From Fistulifera solaris (Eukaryota): DNA of 64,000 bases. Each line of letters starts with the position of its first letter. Position 1 is the first letter of the stretch. The DNA is taken from the NCBI GenBank assembly GCA_030295235.1, contig AP026172.1:806001-870000 (forward strand), read 5' to 3'. Below, in pieces: positions 1 to 12,777 of the stretch. The notes under the pieces are model-generated. The model was not told the DNA's origin, ran no database searches, and saw nothing but the letters and a program-made list of their open reading frames with translations. The position numbers were made by a program, and so were the translations under genes.

Positions 1-640
1 CCGACAAGATCGCACCCCGACTCACTTTGGCAATATTATAAAGACTTTCACAGGCATAATAGCGCACCCGTGCTTCGGGATCGTCGAGACAATGTAAAAC
101 AGGGGGCAGTAATTGGGGCAAATACTGGGCCGTTTGTTGCAACAAGCCAATGGCGGTGGCCGCCAATCCCATCAATCCTCCCTTGCGATAATTGGAATTC
201 ATGCTGGTACAGAAATCTTTGGCCAGTATTTGTATAATACTATCAATGAGTGTGGTATTTTCCGGTAACGTCTTGATGAGGGCTTCCAATTCCATGGCGG
301 CATTTTTTCGTTTTTCGTTGGAGCGATCACCCAAGCCGCGTTGCAACAGTGGTGGTAAGGGTGATTCGAGGGATATTTGGAGTGTTTGTTGTTGTTGTTG
401 TAGTTGTTGTTGTTGTTGACTGAATGTCGTAGGAATCATTTGATTGGTGACCAAAGCCGCTGCGCCATGGGGTTGATGCAATCGACTTTCGTTGCCACTC
501 GTTGGACGACGCAAACGAGGATGATTTGGCCGTGGAGGAGCATTATTATTATGATTATTATTACTATTAGTATTTCGTGAATTGTTGCTGATTCTTCGGG
601 AAGCTTCTTCTTCGTTGTTGATGGATCCTATACGACTCAT
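1..640 (-). CDS. VAC14: VAC14 (PIKfyve/Fab1 complex scaffold), 5' part; runs off the window start
   Basis: Absent from the ORF track. Hand translation from ATG at 640 gives a Q/N-rich leader, then LGDRSNEKRKNAAMELEALIK...NYRKGGLMGLAATAIGL...LLPPVLHCLDDPEARVRYYACESLYNIAKVSRG, the conserved N-terminal HEAT region of Vac14. Confidence 0.92.
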   Translation of the reverse strand, partial: MSRIGSINNEEEASRRISNNSRNTNSNNNHNNNAPPRPNHPRLRRPTSGNESRLHQPHGAAALVTNQMIPTTFSQQQQQLQQQQQTLQISLESPLPPLLQRGLGDRSNEKRKNAAMELEALIKTLPENTTLIDSIIQILAKDFCTSMNSNYRKGGLMGLAATAIGLLQQTAQYLPQLLPPVLHCLDDPEARVRYYACESLYNIAKVSRGAILS

Positions 641-1361
641 TGTGTGTGTCCGTATGTATATAGTATCGTAGTTGAAGGCAATACCTGGTTATGATTTCCA
701 ACGAAAGCATAGAAACGATGCTGTTATTGTTGTCGTCGTGTTGTCGTTTCGTTCATGTTTCGCAATGCCAATGTGATGTGCGCCTTGCGCCTTGCGCCTT
801 ATTTTTGATGATTTTCTTCTTTGTACTTCACGACAAACACTCATGAACAAAGCGCGTTTCATAGTTAATACAAAATACCACTTCACGATAAGTACGTTTT
901 GTACTATCATGTACAAACTAACTTAATGAAATCAAATCGAAAGAAAATTCATTCATGACTAAAATGCAGTCGTGGATAAGTTAAAAAAGACAATTTGGCC
1001 CTATAGTGAGAACTGTAGTCGTTGATTTGCAATGCATTCAACATTATGGACTGATGCTTGTATTCAAAGGCTACGAGAAAGGTATTGCATTGTGATAGTA
1101 ACAAATAAGGCCTCTACTCCGGAGTAAATAAATGAACAAGAGCCTGATGCGGTCTGTCCATGCTTCCTTACATTTTCTGCAACGGAGACAGCGAAAGAGG
1201 CGCAGGGGAAAAAAAAAACAACGTTTTGCTTGCGTCTCTTTGTGATTCTCTACCTGGTAAACTCCTAACTTTTTCCTTTCATCATCCTCTCTGCACAAAA
1301 TAAAGACAACAACATTCTTTTTATATATTATATATACGTATATCTATTATTATTATTATTG

Positions 1362-2057
1362 ATGGACCGCCAAAATCGTGTCGGATCCAAATTCGGGGGC
1401 GGCGGAGTTAGTTCCGCGCAACAATCCGAACGCGAACGCAAAGAACGTCTCAAAAGTTGGCTCTCGAATCCATTGATCTCGCCAAAGATCCGTACCTTGT
1501 CAAAAATCATCTGGGATCGTATGAATGTAAATTGTGTTTGACCTTGCATCGCGATGAAGCGAATTATTTGGCACATACGCAGGGCAAGAAACATCAACAA
1601 GGATTGGGCCGGAGAGCGTATTTGGACAAATTGAAAGAACAGCAACAGCAACAGGCGTCGTCAACAATCACACAAACCACCAGCACCAGCACTATACTTC
1701 CCAGTCGCCCGAAATTACGCATCGGCCGTCCCGCCTATCAAGTCTTTAAAAGTCGGGACGCGGATACGAATCAACGGTGTTTGTCGTTTGAATTGCATTA
1801 TCCCGAATTGGGGGACGAATGGCAACCCCGTCATCGTTTCATGAGTGCGTTTGAACAAAAATAGATCGGCCACCCGATCGGCGTTATCAGTATTTGTTGT
1901 TTGCGGCAGGTGATTACGAGACGGTGGCCTTTCGGATTCCGAATGAACCCTTGGATAAGGATCACGAGAAATTTGTGACGCATTGGGACGGAGTTTCCAA
2001 AAATTTACACTCACATTGCATTTTCAAGAGCCAAGTGTTAGTTTTAGTCGTTCGTAA
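1362..2057 (+). CDS. SF3A2: Splicing factor 3A subunit 2 (SAP62/Prp11); apparent frameshifts near 1455, 1860 and 2000
   Basis: MDRQNRVGSKFGGGG; LALESIDLAKDPY..NHLGSYECKLCLTLH..EANYLAHTQGKKHQ (U1-type zinc finger); PRHRFMSAFEQK; YQYLLFAA.DYETVAF. Split over the ORFs at 1359, 1457 and 1894. Confidence 0.93.
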
Positions 2058-2751
2058 AATGCACAGCACAGATCTAAGGCTATTTTGTCGTATAGAAATA
2101 ATCATAAGATAACAGAAGAGTTGCTGCAGTAAATATATAAAGAATTTCGTGTCGGAAGTTGAAATCCATATTGAAGGTGATTCAAAATTGGCGACTTACT
2201 CACAAATTCAATAGGAGAAACTCTAGCCATGCTTAATGGCTTGTCAATATGCTCTACCAATCGTGCAAAGGTAGTTGCATGGGAGAATACTGGTACTTGT
2301 AATAGTGAATGATGTGGTTGACTGTTCCGGGACTGAATTACTTCCTTCAGTCATTGATTGGCCAGCCTGGATCCTGATGATGATTCATTCCAGATCCAGT
2401 ATTTTATTCGATAGTACAAGGTACATTCATTGCTGTATACGTATACCAGGTACGGTACCTGGTACGTCCGTCCTTCCTTCAAGCGTCCTGGATCCTATTA
2501 TTTGCAGGACTGCGTTATTTTGTTGGTGAACGGTGAACACGACACCGTGTGCTTTTTTATTATTATTTAAACTTTCTGTTCTTCCGCTGCGCTCTTCAAT
2601 CTGCTTGGAATTGTTGTTGTTCATCACACCAAAGCGCTAAACAAAATAATCAACTTGCTTTCTCACAAGGAAGAAACACGGTGAATAGATTCTTGTGTTG
2701 ACACGTTGGAAACCCAATTCTTCCGTCGTAGAAAAATTACATCTCTATACG

Positions 2752-3245
2752 ATGAAATCGACATTCCTCCTGTTGCTGTTCGTCGAATACACGACCGCCT
2801 TTCTACTATCTCCTGGTACTACTTCTACTACTACTACTTATACGATTCGACAACCCGTTTCGTTGCACAAAAGTACGAAGACATGGACGAAGATGAAAAA
2901 GCCGTAGCGTTGGAAAAAGCCACCAAGGCCATGACCGCCTTTACGAACAAGTACCTCGAAAATACTTGCACGAAATTGTGTTCGGACAAATCGGTACCAG
3001 CCGTCGTCATTAAAGGTTTAGCGGAGCACAAATTGACACTGGGAGCACCCTTGTGTCCGTGTCGTTTTTATGATGATAAGGAAGCCGAAGCCAAAGATGG
3101 TTACTGGAATTGTCCCTGCGTGCCGATGCGTGAACGGCACGAATGTCACTGTATGCTGTTTTTGACAGAAGACAATGCTTTTGTCGGGGAAGAAACCACT
3201 ATTACGTATGAAGAAGTGATTGAAGGTAGTAATATTCAGTTTTGA
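2752..3245 (+). CDS. FTRC: Ferredoxin-thioredoxin reductase catalytic chain, plastid-targeted (one frameshift)
   Basis: CPCRFY, WNCPCVPMRER and CHCMLF motifs. Presequence MKSTFLLLLFVEYTTAF-L lies in the adjacent frame (ORF at 2695). Confidence 0.92.
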
Positions 3246-3305
3246 AGACAGACAGAGAATAAAGACAAAAGACAAATTGGTTGACGATTATGATTCGCAA
3301 CAACG

Positions 3306-4288
3306 CTATTTCGGCTTCGTAAAATAAATTACAAAAAAATATTGACCCCTTGCAACACAACAATTAGTATTATTGTTAATTCGATTGTTCTTTGTTATAC
3401 TTTGGCCTTGGAGAGCCGCAATGGCGGCCAGAACGGCCGCCGAAACATCCGACGGTGCCCGATTGCCATCAATGGCAACGCTAATATCGGCATACTTTCC
3501 CTTGACAGCATCTTCATTGGCGTGAAATTGTTCCAATCGCACCATGACTTTTTCTTCCGTGTCATCCGATCGTTGTTCCAACCGTTGTAAAATCGTCTCA
3601 TCTTCGGGTGGCGAGAAGGTCATGTGATAGATTTTCCCCGTTTGTGGATCCGTCCGACGACCCACGACTCGTTCCACGAGAACACTGTCGGGGACGTTGA
3701 GAAAGAGGAAGCAATCGGCCTTAACACCGGCTTCTTCCAATGCTTCAGCTTGTGCGGCGGTCCGGGGGAATCCATCCAACAACCAGCCTTTTTCAATACA
3801 ATCGGGTTCCGCCAAGCGGTCTTTGACCTAAGACGAAAAAAAGAAACAACACAATGAGGAGGATCATTTAACTCACAGCACCTCTTTTCTTTTGTTTTCT
3901 ATCGACTCACAATTCCAATAATCACATTGTCGGGAACGAGTTTCCCATTGTCCATGAAATCCTTGGCCAATTTTCCGACTTCGGTGCCCGCCGCTACCGC
4001 CGCTCGCAACATATCTCCCGTCGATAAATGGACGACACCAAATTTTTCTTTAATGATTTCACATTGGGTGCCTTTGCCACTGGCCGGTGCCCCCGAAATG
4101 ATAATTTTAGGAGGATCCTCTTTCGACATTTGGAGTTGCGTCAATGTGGCGCGGAGATGGAGTGAGAAGGGAGAATCATCGGGAAACGAAGAGGATGTCG
4201 ATCCCCACATCGGTCGTAATGGCAGAAACGCCGATGCCGATCCGAACAGCAGCAACAAAGCCGATACTAATGAAAGTGAGTTTCTCAT
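3306..4288 (-). CDS. Plastid adenylate kinase, one intron (~3828-3907); true stop may be nearer 3395
   Basis: Signal peptide + ASAF-LP; P-loop [33 protein letters not shown]. Confidence 0.92.
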
Positions 4289-4779
4289 GATATTCGAAAA
4301 TAGGCAGCAATAAGTACTTTTAAGACTGGAACAAGTGTGACAGTTGCTCGCCTGCCTTTTGGATCTTCTTGTTGGTGGAAGTAATTATTATTACAACAGA
4401 TGATCGTCCTTGCTCTTTTCCTTGAATTATGAAAAAGTCCTCTAGCTAGTGCTTGTGCTTTTATGAGGTGGTGTCAATGTCCAAAGAGTGACGACGAACA
4501 AAGTGAAGAAGCGATACCAGTAGACACTTACTTTTAGATTTAGACGACACTTCCGTTGTGGAGGGAAACCGACAGACGACGACTGACGTCACTATGGTGG
4601 ACGACGGCAAGACGACGAAAAATATCCGCGACAAAAGCCCCGCGAAAGCAAAAAAGAATTTTTTTGGCCTTCTGGGATTTTCCGAGTTCCTCACAAAGAC
4701 ACGGAAGATCTCCCTAAAAATCATCGTCTTTCTTCCATTTCCCATTCTACGATATCCCTAAAGACTTGCTGTATGAAAA

Positions 4780-5549
4780 ATGACAAGTAATCGATCACAA
4801 ACATGGACGCTGGCAGCGACGGGAGTGGCCGCCTTGGGTGTTTCGTATTATTATTATTGTTATTGGTGGAAAAATCGTCAAGAACGACGGTACGTACAAT
4901 CGATTCTAGTAGAGAATCCTATGTAGACTGACTTTTCGATCACTGATTCGCCTATTCACTCCATTGAAAAGAGTCATTATTGAAGTCCCAAAATGGCTAA
5001 AACAATACGAAGCGTCTTTGGCGAATCAGACTTTTCAAACGGATGAAGAACTCATGCAGAGTGGCCGTCGACATTTCGCAACGCAATGTCGAATCGGGCG
5101 ATGGGGGTCCCTTTGGTTGTGCTATTTTTTGTCGTCACAAGAAGACCGGTCTATCGAAATTGTATTCGGTCGGTGCCAATCGGGTCGTACCGCTCAATAA
5201 TTCCACGTTGCATGGTGAAACGGTCGCCATTCAATTTGCGCAAAAGAAACGACAATCGTTTTCGTTATCGGCCACCGAGGAGGTCGAATTTGTGCTTTGT
5301 ACGAGTTGTGAACCCTGTGCCATGTGTTTGGGTGCGACCTTTTGGTCGGGTGTTTCCGAAATGATCTGTTCGGCCACCAAGGACGATGCCGAAGCGATTG
5401 GCTTTGATGAAGGACCCGTCTTTCCGGAATCCTACCAAAAGTTGGAACAAATTGGGATGAAAGTCAAAAAGATGGTTTTGCGAGAACAGGGAAAGAAAGT
5501 CTTGGATGATTATGCCAAGACGGGGATTATCTACAACGGAGCCGCATAA
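4780..5549 (+). CDS. Cytidine-deaminase-fold guanine/guanosine deaminase with N-terminal hydrophobic segment; intron ~4890-4972, one frameshift
   Basis: [11 protein letters not shown] and SCEPCAMC zinc motifs, C-terminal IGFDEG. Exon 1 reads [26 protein letters not shown]. Confidence 0.8.
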
Positions 5550-5602
5550 AATTGTCTGCAACAAAATCAACATAGCTTTATCGTAACAGTAAAACAATAT
5601 CT

Positions 5603-7148
5603 TCATGCCTCTTTGTCCACTGCAACAGGATCCATTCTAGTTGACTCTTTTTCCTTGATTCCTTCCACATTGCCTTCTTCCTCCTCCTCCTCTTCATCAT
5701 CATCATCATCATCATCGTTGTCTTCGTCTTCCTCGTCTTCGGGTAACTTTTCAGCAGCTTCTCCACCCTGCTTTTGAGCACTTTGCTTCGCGTGATATTC
5801 TTCCATGGCCGCCTTTTGTCGTTTCGCATCCTCTTCGGCCAGTTCTTGATAATACTTACGACGTTCTTCGGTTAAACCCTTCCAACGTTCACCTACCATC
5901 CGAGCCAACGTTTGAAAGCTGATCTTGCCGTGGGTTTTGCGATGCGGTCGGCGTTTCTTCTCCATGGCGACCAACGGACGTAAGAAGGCTTTCGGTTTGG
6001 AGGTTCCCTCCCCTTCTTCTTCATTGGTCTCACTACTTTGATCTTCACTGCCCTTCACTTCTCCCTCTTTGGATTCAATCTCCTTCAAAATGCGTTCCCG
6101 TTCTTCGGAAAAGAAAAGATTGTACGCACTTAGAGGACGTCGCGGCATATCGGCTGGTTTCTTGCGATGCGCTCGCTTTTGCTTCTTGGGCGGTGCTTCT
6201 TCTGTATACAAGTCCAGGGGTCCGAATTTGCCGTCGGTCCGTTGCTTTTGCATTCGTTGGGACAAATCCATCATATCTTGGGTGCGGGCATCGACCAAGC
6301 GCGTGGGATTGCGATCGATGCGACCATTGAGATCGGGTAAGAATTGACGTGGCATGCTTCCACCGAGCGATGTATCCATAACGCTTTGATTCATGGACGA
6401 TGGATTCGTTCCCATGGTGAAACCTGGGCCTTGATAACCTCTACTTTGACGCAAACGCATGAGTTCATCGGCCAACGAATCATTGGCGACCATCCCCGTT
6501 TGTTGCGTGCGGTTTCTTCGGGCTATTAGTAATTGCAGCAATAACTCTTCTTCCCGTTCGGATTGTGACAAAAGGATCCCTGTGCGGCAGTATTATTCAA
6601 GGTCGGAGGAAGTGGTAGCATGGGGTCGGGAGGCATCTCGACCGCACCACCGGTGTACGCATAATGAGGGGTTGTTGCTACCATGGGCATGCTAGTGCTA
6701 CCGCCCATTTGTGCAATGCGCTGACCGTCGGCTGTCACGTATATATTGTTGGCAAAGGAGCATGTTCCGGAGCTCGATACGCCATAGGATAGGGATTTGG
6801 TGCCGCATTACTTGTGGTCATTCCTCCTCCTCCTCCTCCTCCTCCCATGTGTGGTTGTTGTGTCGGATCCATCGTCATCAGACCTCCTTGCATCGTGTAG
6901 CTGTGATTCGAAGTAGCTATCGACATGCCGTACCTTCGAGGATCGTGATTGCCTAAAAATTCCGTTTGCTGAATGGCACTTTGTGGATGATGATAAAGAA
7001 CAGGAGCGGGAGGATGATTCATCGTATTAAATACTCGTGAATTGCGATTGTATGTTTGATTCTGAAACGGTGAAGAGGGTGGATTATTGTTGGTGGGCTG
7101 ATTGTATTCGTGGTGCTCAATATTCTCTGGATTTCGCGTAGGAATCAT
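5603..7148 (-). CDS. HMG-box protein (split box with long insertion), Q/G/P-rich N-terminus and acidic tail; frameshifts near 6570 and 6740
   Basis: KKPADMPRRPLSAYNLFFSEERERIL...HGKISFQTLARMVGERWKGLTEERRKYYQELA. Upstream low-complexity ORFs 6526-6738 and 6735-7148 are probably the same gene. Confidence 0.85.
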
Positions 7149-8832
7149 CTTATTGTCTGTCGGTGATATACAACTCTCCTTTTGTTTTTGTTGTTAACAA
7201 ACAAACCAAAGAAAGCGAGAGAGATCACAAGTATTGCTACTTCAAGAGATACGCTCCTTAACGTTCCTTAAGGGGTGCAAATGGAAATTGATTATTGCTG
7301 CTTCAAAAGGCAATTTCCCTTCTCGACGCCCCGCGCAAACTCTCTTTAATTTGCAGTCCCCAAACCCGTCCAAGTAGAGGTCCAGCGAACACGTTTTTTT
7401 TTTGAAATTGCCGAATGCGGTTGCGAAGCAAAAAAAGCTATACGTTTGCCTCGACTGTCACAGGTACTCTCTGTCCTTCCAATGCGCTCCAACAGACAGT
7501 GGTAGCAACAAAATCACAGAAGACAAAAGTTACAAATAAATACAATTGCGATCTTCTTCTTATGCTCGATCGAAACGTTCTCGATGCAAGCCTGCCGGAA
7601 AGGGCTTCGATCGGAGATAGCAGCAGGTGTGTCGCGGACCCGTACGCCGCGCAATCTTGCTGTACAGTATCCACAATTGCCTCTCCCGTTTTCTTCTACA
7701 CCTCGCGGTGAAAGCTGACACATACAAAGTATAGCCCAAGCGAAGGCGTATATAAGATTCACAATCAATTCCGTACACAAACACTCTTTAGGATGAAACG
7801 CGGATACTCGAGACTTCACTTAATCGACGCCAATGGTCCAGATTTGAAATTTTGAATAGCGAAATATGTTAGAACGACAAGAGCCCTCGTGGAGAACTAT
7901 GAAAATTATTGCCCTATATAAAAGAAACACGTGACACCTTTGATTATTGCCTAAAGATGCTCGTTATAACCCCCTGATAGCCTTCAGTACACCAGAAATA
8001 ACTCTCTATTAAGATTTAAACCCCATCTCCGCAGTCCACCATAGATTCATTACCGTTTCGTTCCCGAAGCGTCACAGCTAGTACCACCCTTGACTTTTGA
8101 CTGTCGCAAGTCGCAAATCTCGTTCCGCGATACTGAAAAGAACCGTCCGTTCCAAAGTATTATTACTCAACTTCGACGTCGCGTACAGAACACTCTCAGA
8201 GTCTCAGAAACAAAGTCTCGTGTCCAAATTCAAAATTTTGAACTTCGAACCGGTCCCGGATTTTTTTGTATCCAAGGAAAAGTAAAGCAATGAGTGTAGA
8301 ATGAGACGCGACGTCCAGACGTCACTGGAGCATTCATGAACTAGTGAATGGGAAGCTCGGTTCTAGATTCCAGATTCTCAATGAATTCTTTTCTCAGGAC
8401 CCAGGACTGAATGACAACATACGAGGAGTCAGTCCTGATTCACGAGATTCGAGTGACACACTCGAGACAGCTTGAAGTCTCGCAAGCTTGGCGCGTGCTG
8501 AGCACGATTTCCGGACTTCTCGGTACTATGAAGAAACAACTTGATGTCGTATACGACGGTGTCAACGTGCAGCTTGAAGCCGTTGTCATACAAAACTGTA
8601 GACCGACGTCCATTGCTTCAACGGTGATGGTCATCGATAGCACGCGGCCCGCGACATGGAGACACACGCTTTTCACGAGACAGATGATGATGATTGTTTT
8701 CGTTGGAGGAGAACAAAAGCGAACTCACGTTTCCCACTTCCCCTCCTGACAGTCATTTGAAAAGGAAAGGCCATTCCAAAATACATTCTCTCGTCGAGAC
8801 CTTTTCCTTTTCAACACAATTAAGAGAGAACA

Positions 8833-9378
8833 ATGAAAACAATAGAGCAGCAACCCGCTCGCATGCGCAGAATAACAATCAAGGATAGAGCGCCGTCGTT
8901 GAAGGCTCTGTCGGAATTCTCTATCGAGGATGAGGGAACTGTGTGTGGCAATGCGGGTCACAAGCCGTTGGGCTGTGATGCCTGTCAATTTTGTGAAGAT
9001 CGATGCGAAGACATTACCTGTTGCGAGTGTTCAGCGAAGCAGATCAAAGAAGGCTCGCAATGGCCTCCATGTCAAACCTTCCGGTCGGTACCGTATTATA
9101 CACGTTGCCAAGTACGGCGACACAATCACGAAGGTTCTGCGTGGATTGTAGCCGGCGATAACATTTATGATGTCACGGAGAGTATGCATCATCATCCAGG
9201 TGGTACAGAATGTTTGTTAAGACGTGCTGGCGGGGCACGGGATTGCACGCGCGACTTTGAATTTCATTCCCAACGCGCTCGGAAGCAGGTAAATCGTTTA
9301 CTCGTGGGCAAGTTACGAACGTGTTCCTGTGAGGTTGCAACGGTACGCCCTTCAAAAGACTGGTGGATGTTCTGGTAA
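8833..9378 (+). CDS. Cytochrome b5 heme-binding domain protein with Cys-rich N-terminal segment
   Basis: VRRHNHEGSAWIV...IYDVT...HHPGG...AGG..DCT.DFEFHS; both axial His present. Confidence 0.88.
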   Translation: MKTIEQQPARMRRITIKDRAPSLKALSEFSIEDEGTVCGNAGHKPLGCDACQFCEDRCEDITCCECSAKQIKEGSQWPPCQTFRSVPYYTRCQVRRHNHEGSAWIVAGDNIYDVTESMHHHPGGTECLLRRAGGARDCTRDFEFHSQRARKQVNRLLVGKLRTCSCEVATVRPSKDWWMFW

Positions 9379-9468
9379 CAATTTTGAAAGGACATCACCG
9401 CCTGGAAAGACGTTTGTAAGATTCTTGTAGAATAGGCAATAATAATCAAGATAGAAATTTACGATGAC

Positions 9469-10357
9469 TTATTTGATTCGAAGTTGTTCTACAGCAATCG
9501 CCTTGACGGCCGCTTTGAGTTTAGCCCCGAGTTCTTCTTTAACTTGATCCAGTAGTTCCGCTTCGCCGGAAATACCACTTCTGCGTTTTTTCTTCTCGAA
9601 TGCCGTTGGTCACTTGTTGAAAGAGCTCTTTTCAATGCCCAACTCTTCTAATACACCCGCCAGTCGTTCAAGAATGGGCGCTGCTGTGGATCCCCCCGCG
9701 GCTTGTGCTTTGTTGAAATCATCAATACTTTTGAGCGGCGTTCCTTCTCCGGCTTGCTCACGCAAATCCGTGCCCCCGAGAAACTGTTTTCCTTCCGTTT
9801 CTTTGACAGTCGTACAAATCCCCGTCATACAGCCTGGTATGTTTTGAAAATCCTCCCAGTCGTAGGCTTTTTTTTTGGGGACAACAGGACCAAAATTTGG
9901 CCGTCTCGTGAAAGACCGGTGGTGATTTGTGATAACGACACTCCGGAAATGGTCCCTGTTTGGGGAATCGATTCCGACAACCAAAGTGGGTGCAGGCCAC
10001 AGAATCTTGGCGTTCTCGTTCCCGTGCTTCTTGGGCTTGTCTTTCTTCAGTTGCCATGTCTTGTTTGGTTTTGGACGTCCCATGACGAATGTAGACGTCG
10101 GCGCGATCGGGAATGTCATCGACGACCGTCGCATCGGAGGCAATCATAACAAACGATTCATCGGATTGCTTCAAAGCCAAATGCAATTGGGATGCATCCA
10201 ACGGATTGTTGCCTCCCAAGGTCCCATTGTACGATTCCACAAATTGATCGAGTAATTTCGAAGAAGGACCTGTTTTCCAAGATTTGGGCAGTGTAATTTT
10301 GAGAGATTTATGCAGAGCTGCGTTTTCGTTCTCTTCGTAATGTAACAGGACCTTCAT
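9469..10357 (-). CDS. CHORD zinc-binding domain protein (frameshifts near 9870 and 9620)
   Basis: CTHFGC..F...C.YH..PPVFHETAKFWSCC, continuing KAYDWEDFQNIPGC..G.C in the next frame. A helical C-terminus ...AKLKAAVKAIAVEQLRIK* ends at 9469. Confidence 0.85.
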
Positions 10358-10552
10358 AATCAGCTGTAGCTGTGTTATATTAACGTGAGATCGATTTTAT
10401 TGAAACTAAGAATCTCATTTATCAATGTCCAACATGAATCATCACTCGTTTTTGAAAAGCAACACGAAAAAAAATGTGCGGACATTTTCACGGCACGACG
10501 TACGTACGTTACTTTAGACAAAAATTCAGCCGCAGAGGTCATCAAGGAAATA

Positions 10553-11307
10553 AATGCAAAAACGGTGGACTTGTTATCCAGAGACACGACGATCTGAAAG
10601 CGGAATTCATGTCTCTTTGCACGCAAGCCTTTGGACCCAAATCTGTTCAGCGATGAGCCTACCATTCACACATTTGGCAACAGCAACAACAGTACACAGG
10701 TTCAAGAGCTTCGAGGAGATGTTTCGGCCTATGGCTTTTGGAATGAGAGACAAACGACCATTTTCGATGTCCGAGTTACTGAACCGACGCACCGTCATAC
10801 AGAAACCGTGACCCGATTAAGGTTCTGGCTTCTCAAGAGCGTGAAAAGCGTAGCATGTACGGACCCCCTTGCCACGAACGCAGACGAGACTTCACTCCCC
10901 TGGTCTTTTCCATTGACGGAATGATGGGACAACAGGCTATTTCAGCATCGAGACAGCTTGCAAGAAAACTTCAGCAGAAGTGGAACAAGCCATACTCCGA
11001 GATCTGTGGCTTCATCCGGGCGCTTATGAGTCTTTCCCTGGTCAGGTCAGTTAGTATGCTTCTCGCGAAATCCAAGAGAAGGAATGCCAAAACGGAATCC
11101 CCCTCATTGGGAAACGGGCTCGGGACTGGCCCTCTACTAGCGCACTAAGGCTAGGGAGTAAGAACCAAAGCTTACTCATTGAAGTGTCAGACTGAAATAT
11201 ATGTGAATGAAAAGTGGAAAATTCAGTCGAATGTCAAGATTAGATTCTGACGATTAAAAAATTAGGAATAAAATATATATGTGTTAAAAAAAATATATAT
11301 ATATATG
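10553..11307 (+). mobile_element. 5'-truncated, degenerate non-LTR retrotransposon (restriction-like endonuclease type, CRE/NeSL/R2-like)
   Basis: Across three frames: CKNGGLVIQRHDDLK (end of CCHC knuckle), ELRGDVSAYGFW...IFDVRVT (PD..D-like nuclease), EKRSMY...FTPLVFSIDGMMG...KWNKPYSEICGFIR..MSLSLVRS. Followed by an AT-rich 3' region ending in A7(TA)n. Confidence 0.8.
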
Positions 11308-11556
11308 AAGAGAAATCGCGGAACCAAAACAAAAAAAACCGTTGAACCATCTATTGCTTATCTCTGTCAAACACCGACGATAATCTAGAATTTATTTGTT
11401 TAAGCCTCTTTTAGACTGATCATTCGTTGTGATGCAAATGTCCCCCAGCTGTCCTGGGACTGAAAATCGAGTCAGGAACAAAGGTCTCCTACATTGCAGT
11501 CCATACCTGGTAGTGCATGGTGACCTGTATTTCAATCGGTAGGCTTTATCGCAGCA

Positions 11557-12678
11557 ATGAAGCACGGAGTCGAAGAGACAGGCCGGCGCTATTCACGCCG
11601 GCGTGCTTCATTTTTCTCCCCCAAACGCACGAGTGAGTCGCGATTATGCCGATCATGTCGTCGATCAAATCGATGAACAATATTCTGTGTTTGCGAACGC
11701 AACCAAATTAATGCTTGAAAACAACAACCACAACAAACAAACAACAATTAGCAGACATCATGAGACCGAACGGAGCGTCGCGTGAATACAACGACGACGA
11801 AAAGCGAATTGCCGCCGCACTGGCCCTCCGATCCTTCCATTTGCCGGAATATTCCCTTCTACAAGATTGGTGGCAATACATGGTCAATCATCATCCCGTC
11901 TGGGGTATTTGTTGTCATCATCGATTGCATCCTCTCGAATTGAAAATGCGACTCTTGTATTTTGTCGGATCGGTCATGTTTGGCTTGGCAGTCACCAATG
12001 GCATGTGGTTGATCTTTATTTGGGCAGAAGTCGATGAACAACAAGCCGTTCTCACCATTCGATTCGGTGAACAAAAATACAATGATGATCTCACCGCCGA
12101 GTATAATCAACAACCTGAAGAAGATGCAGGTTTGTTGTTTCAAAACGACGGAGAAGTGATCATTACACGAGGCATGATTCTCTTGTGGACCATCGGAGGG
12201 ACGTTGCACGCATTCTTTGATCAGACGATATGGTTGATTACAACGTGTGCCTGTTGTTTGCCCGGACAAGCGTTGGAATGTTGTCTTTTGCACGACAATA
12301 CACGCGCATCTTGGCCGTCGTGGCGGTCGTCTTCACCACAGCCGTAGCGACGTTGGCGGTTTTGCTCCGGGCGTCCGTCGAAGAACAAGCGCCAACCAAT
12401 TCCAGTGACACGAATACTGTGGAAGAGTGGTACTATCAAGGAAGTCAACGGATAGGGCAAATAACGCAACAATCCATTTCCGCGTACGACTTCTTATTGA
12501 CGTACGGTACGGAACTCTGTCTTTCTTATTTCGTGTATTATCCGCTGTTGGGAACCCTGTTCTTTCCGGGATACTGGGCTGCTATCGTATACCTGTTCTG
12601 GGGGGTCGACCGTACGAAATTCAGCAAGAAGAACGAAGGAAGCAACGCCGACAGAATAGTTGGCGTCGGTCGTCATAG
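11557..12678 (+). CDS. Multi-pass membrane protein of unknown function (frameshifts; start uncertain)
   Basis: Overlapping ORFs 11715-12347, 12230-12700 and 12427-12678 carry several hydrophobic helices and the motifs NHHPVWGICCHHRLHP and SGILGC..IP.LGGRP. Confidence 0.6.
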
Positions 12679-12777
12679 CACTCTCACCATTTTCTGCTAG
12701 TTTAGTTCCAATTGTATAGAGATATAGAAAAACTATAAATCGACAGTTTCTAATGTACAACTTATGCATGCTTTTAA

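Noticed and set aside
7200..8800. Short ORFs between the HMG and cytochrome b5 genes
   Set aside because: No recognisable motifs or consistent coding signal; treated as a divergent promoter region.
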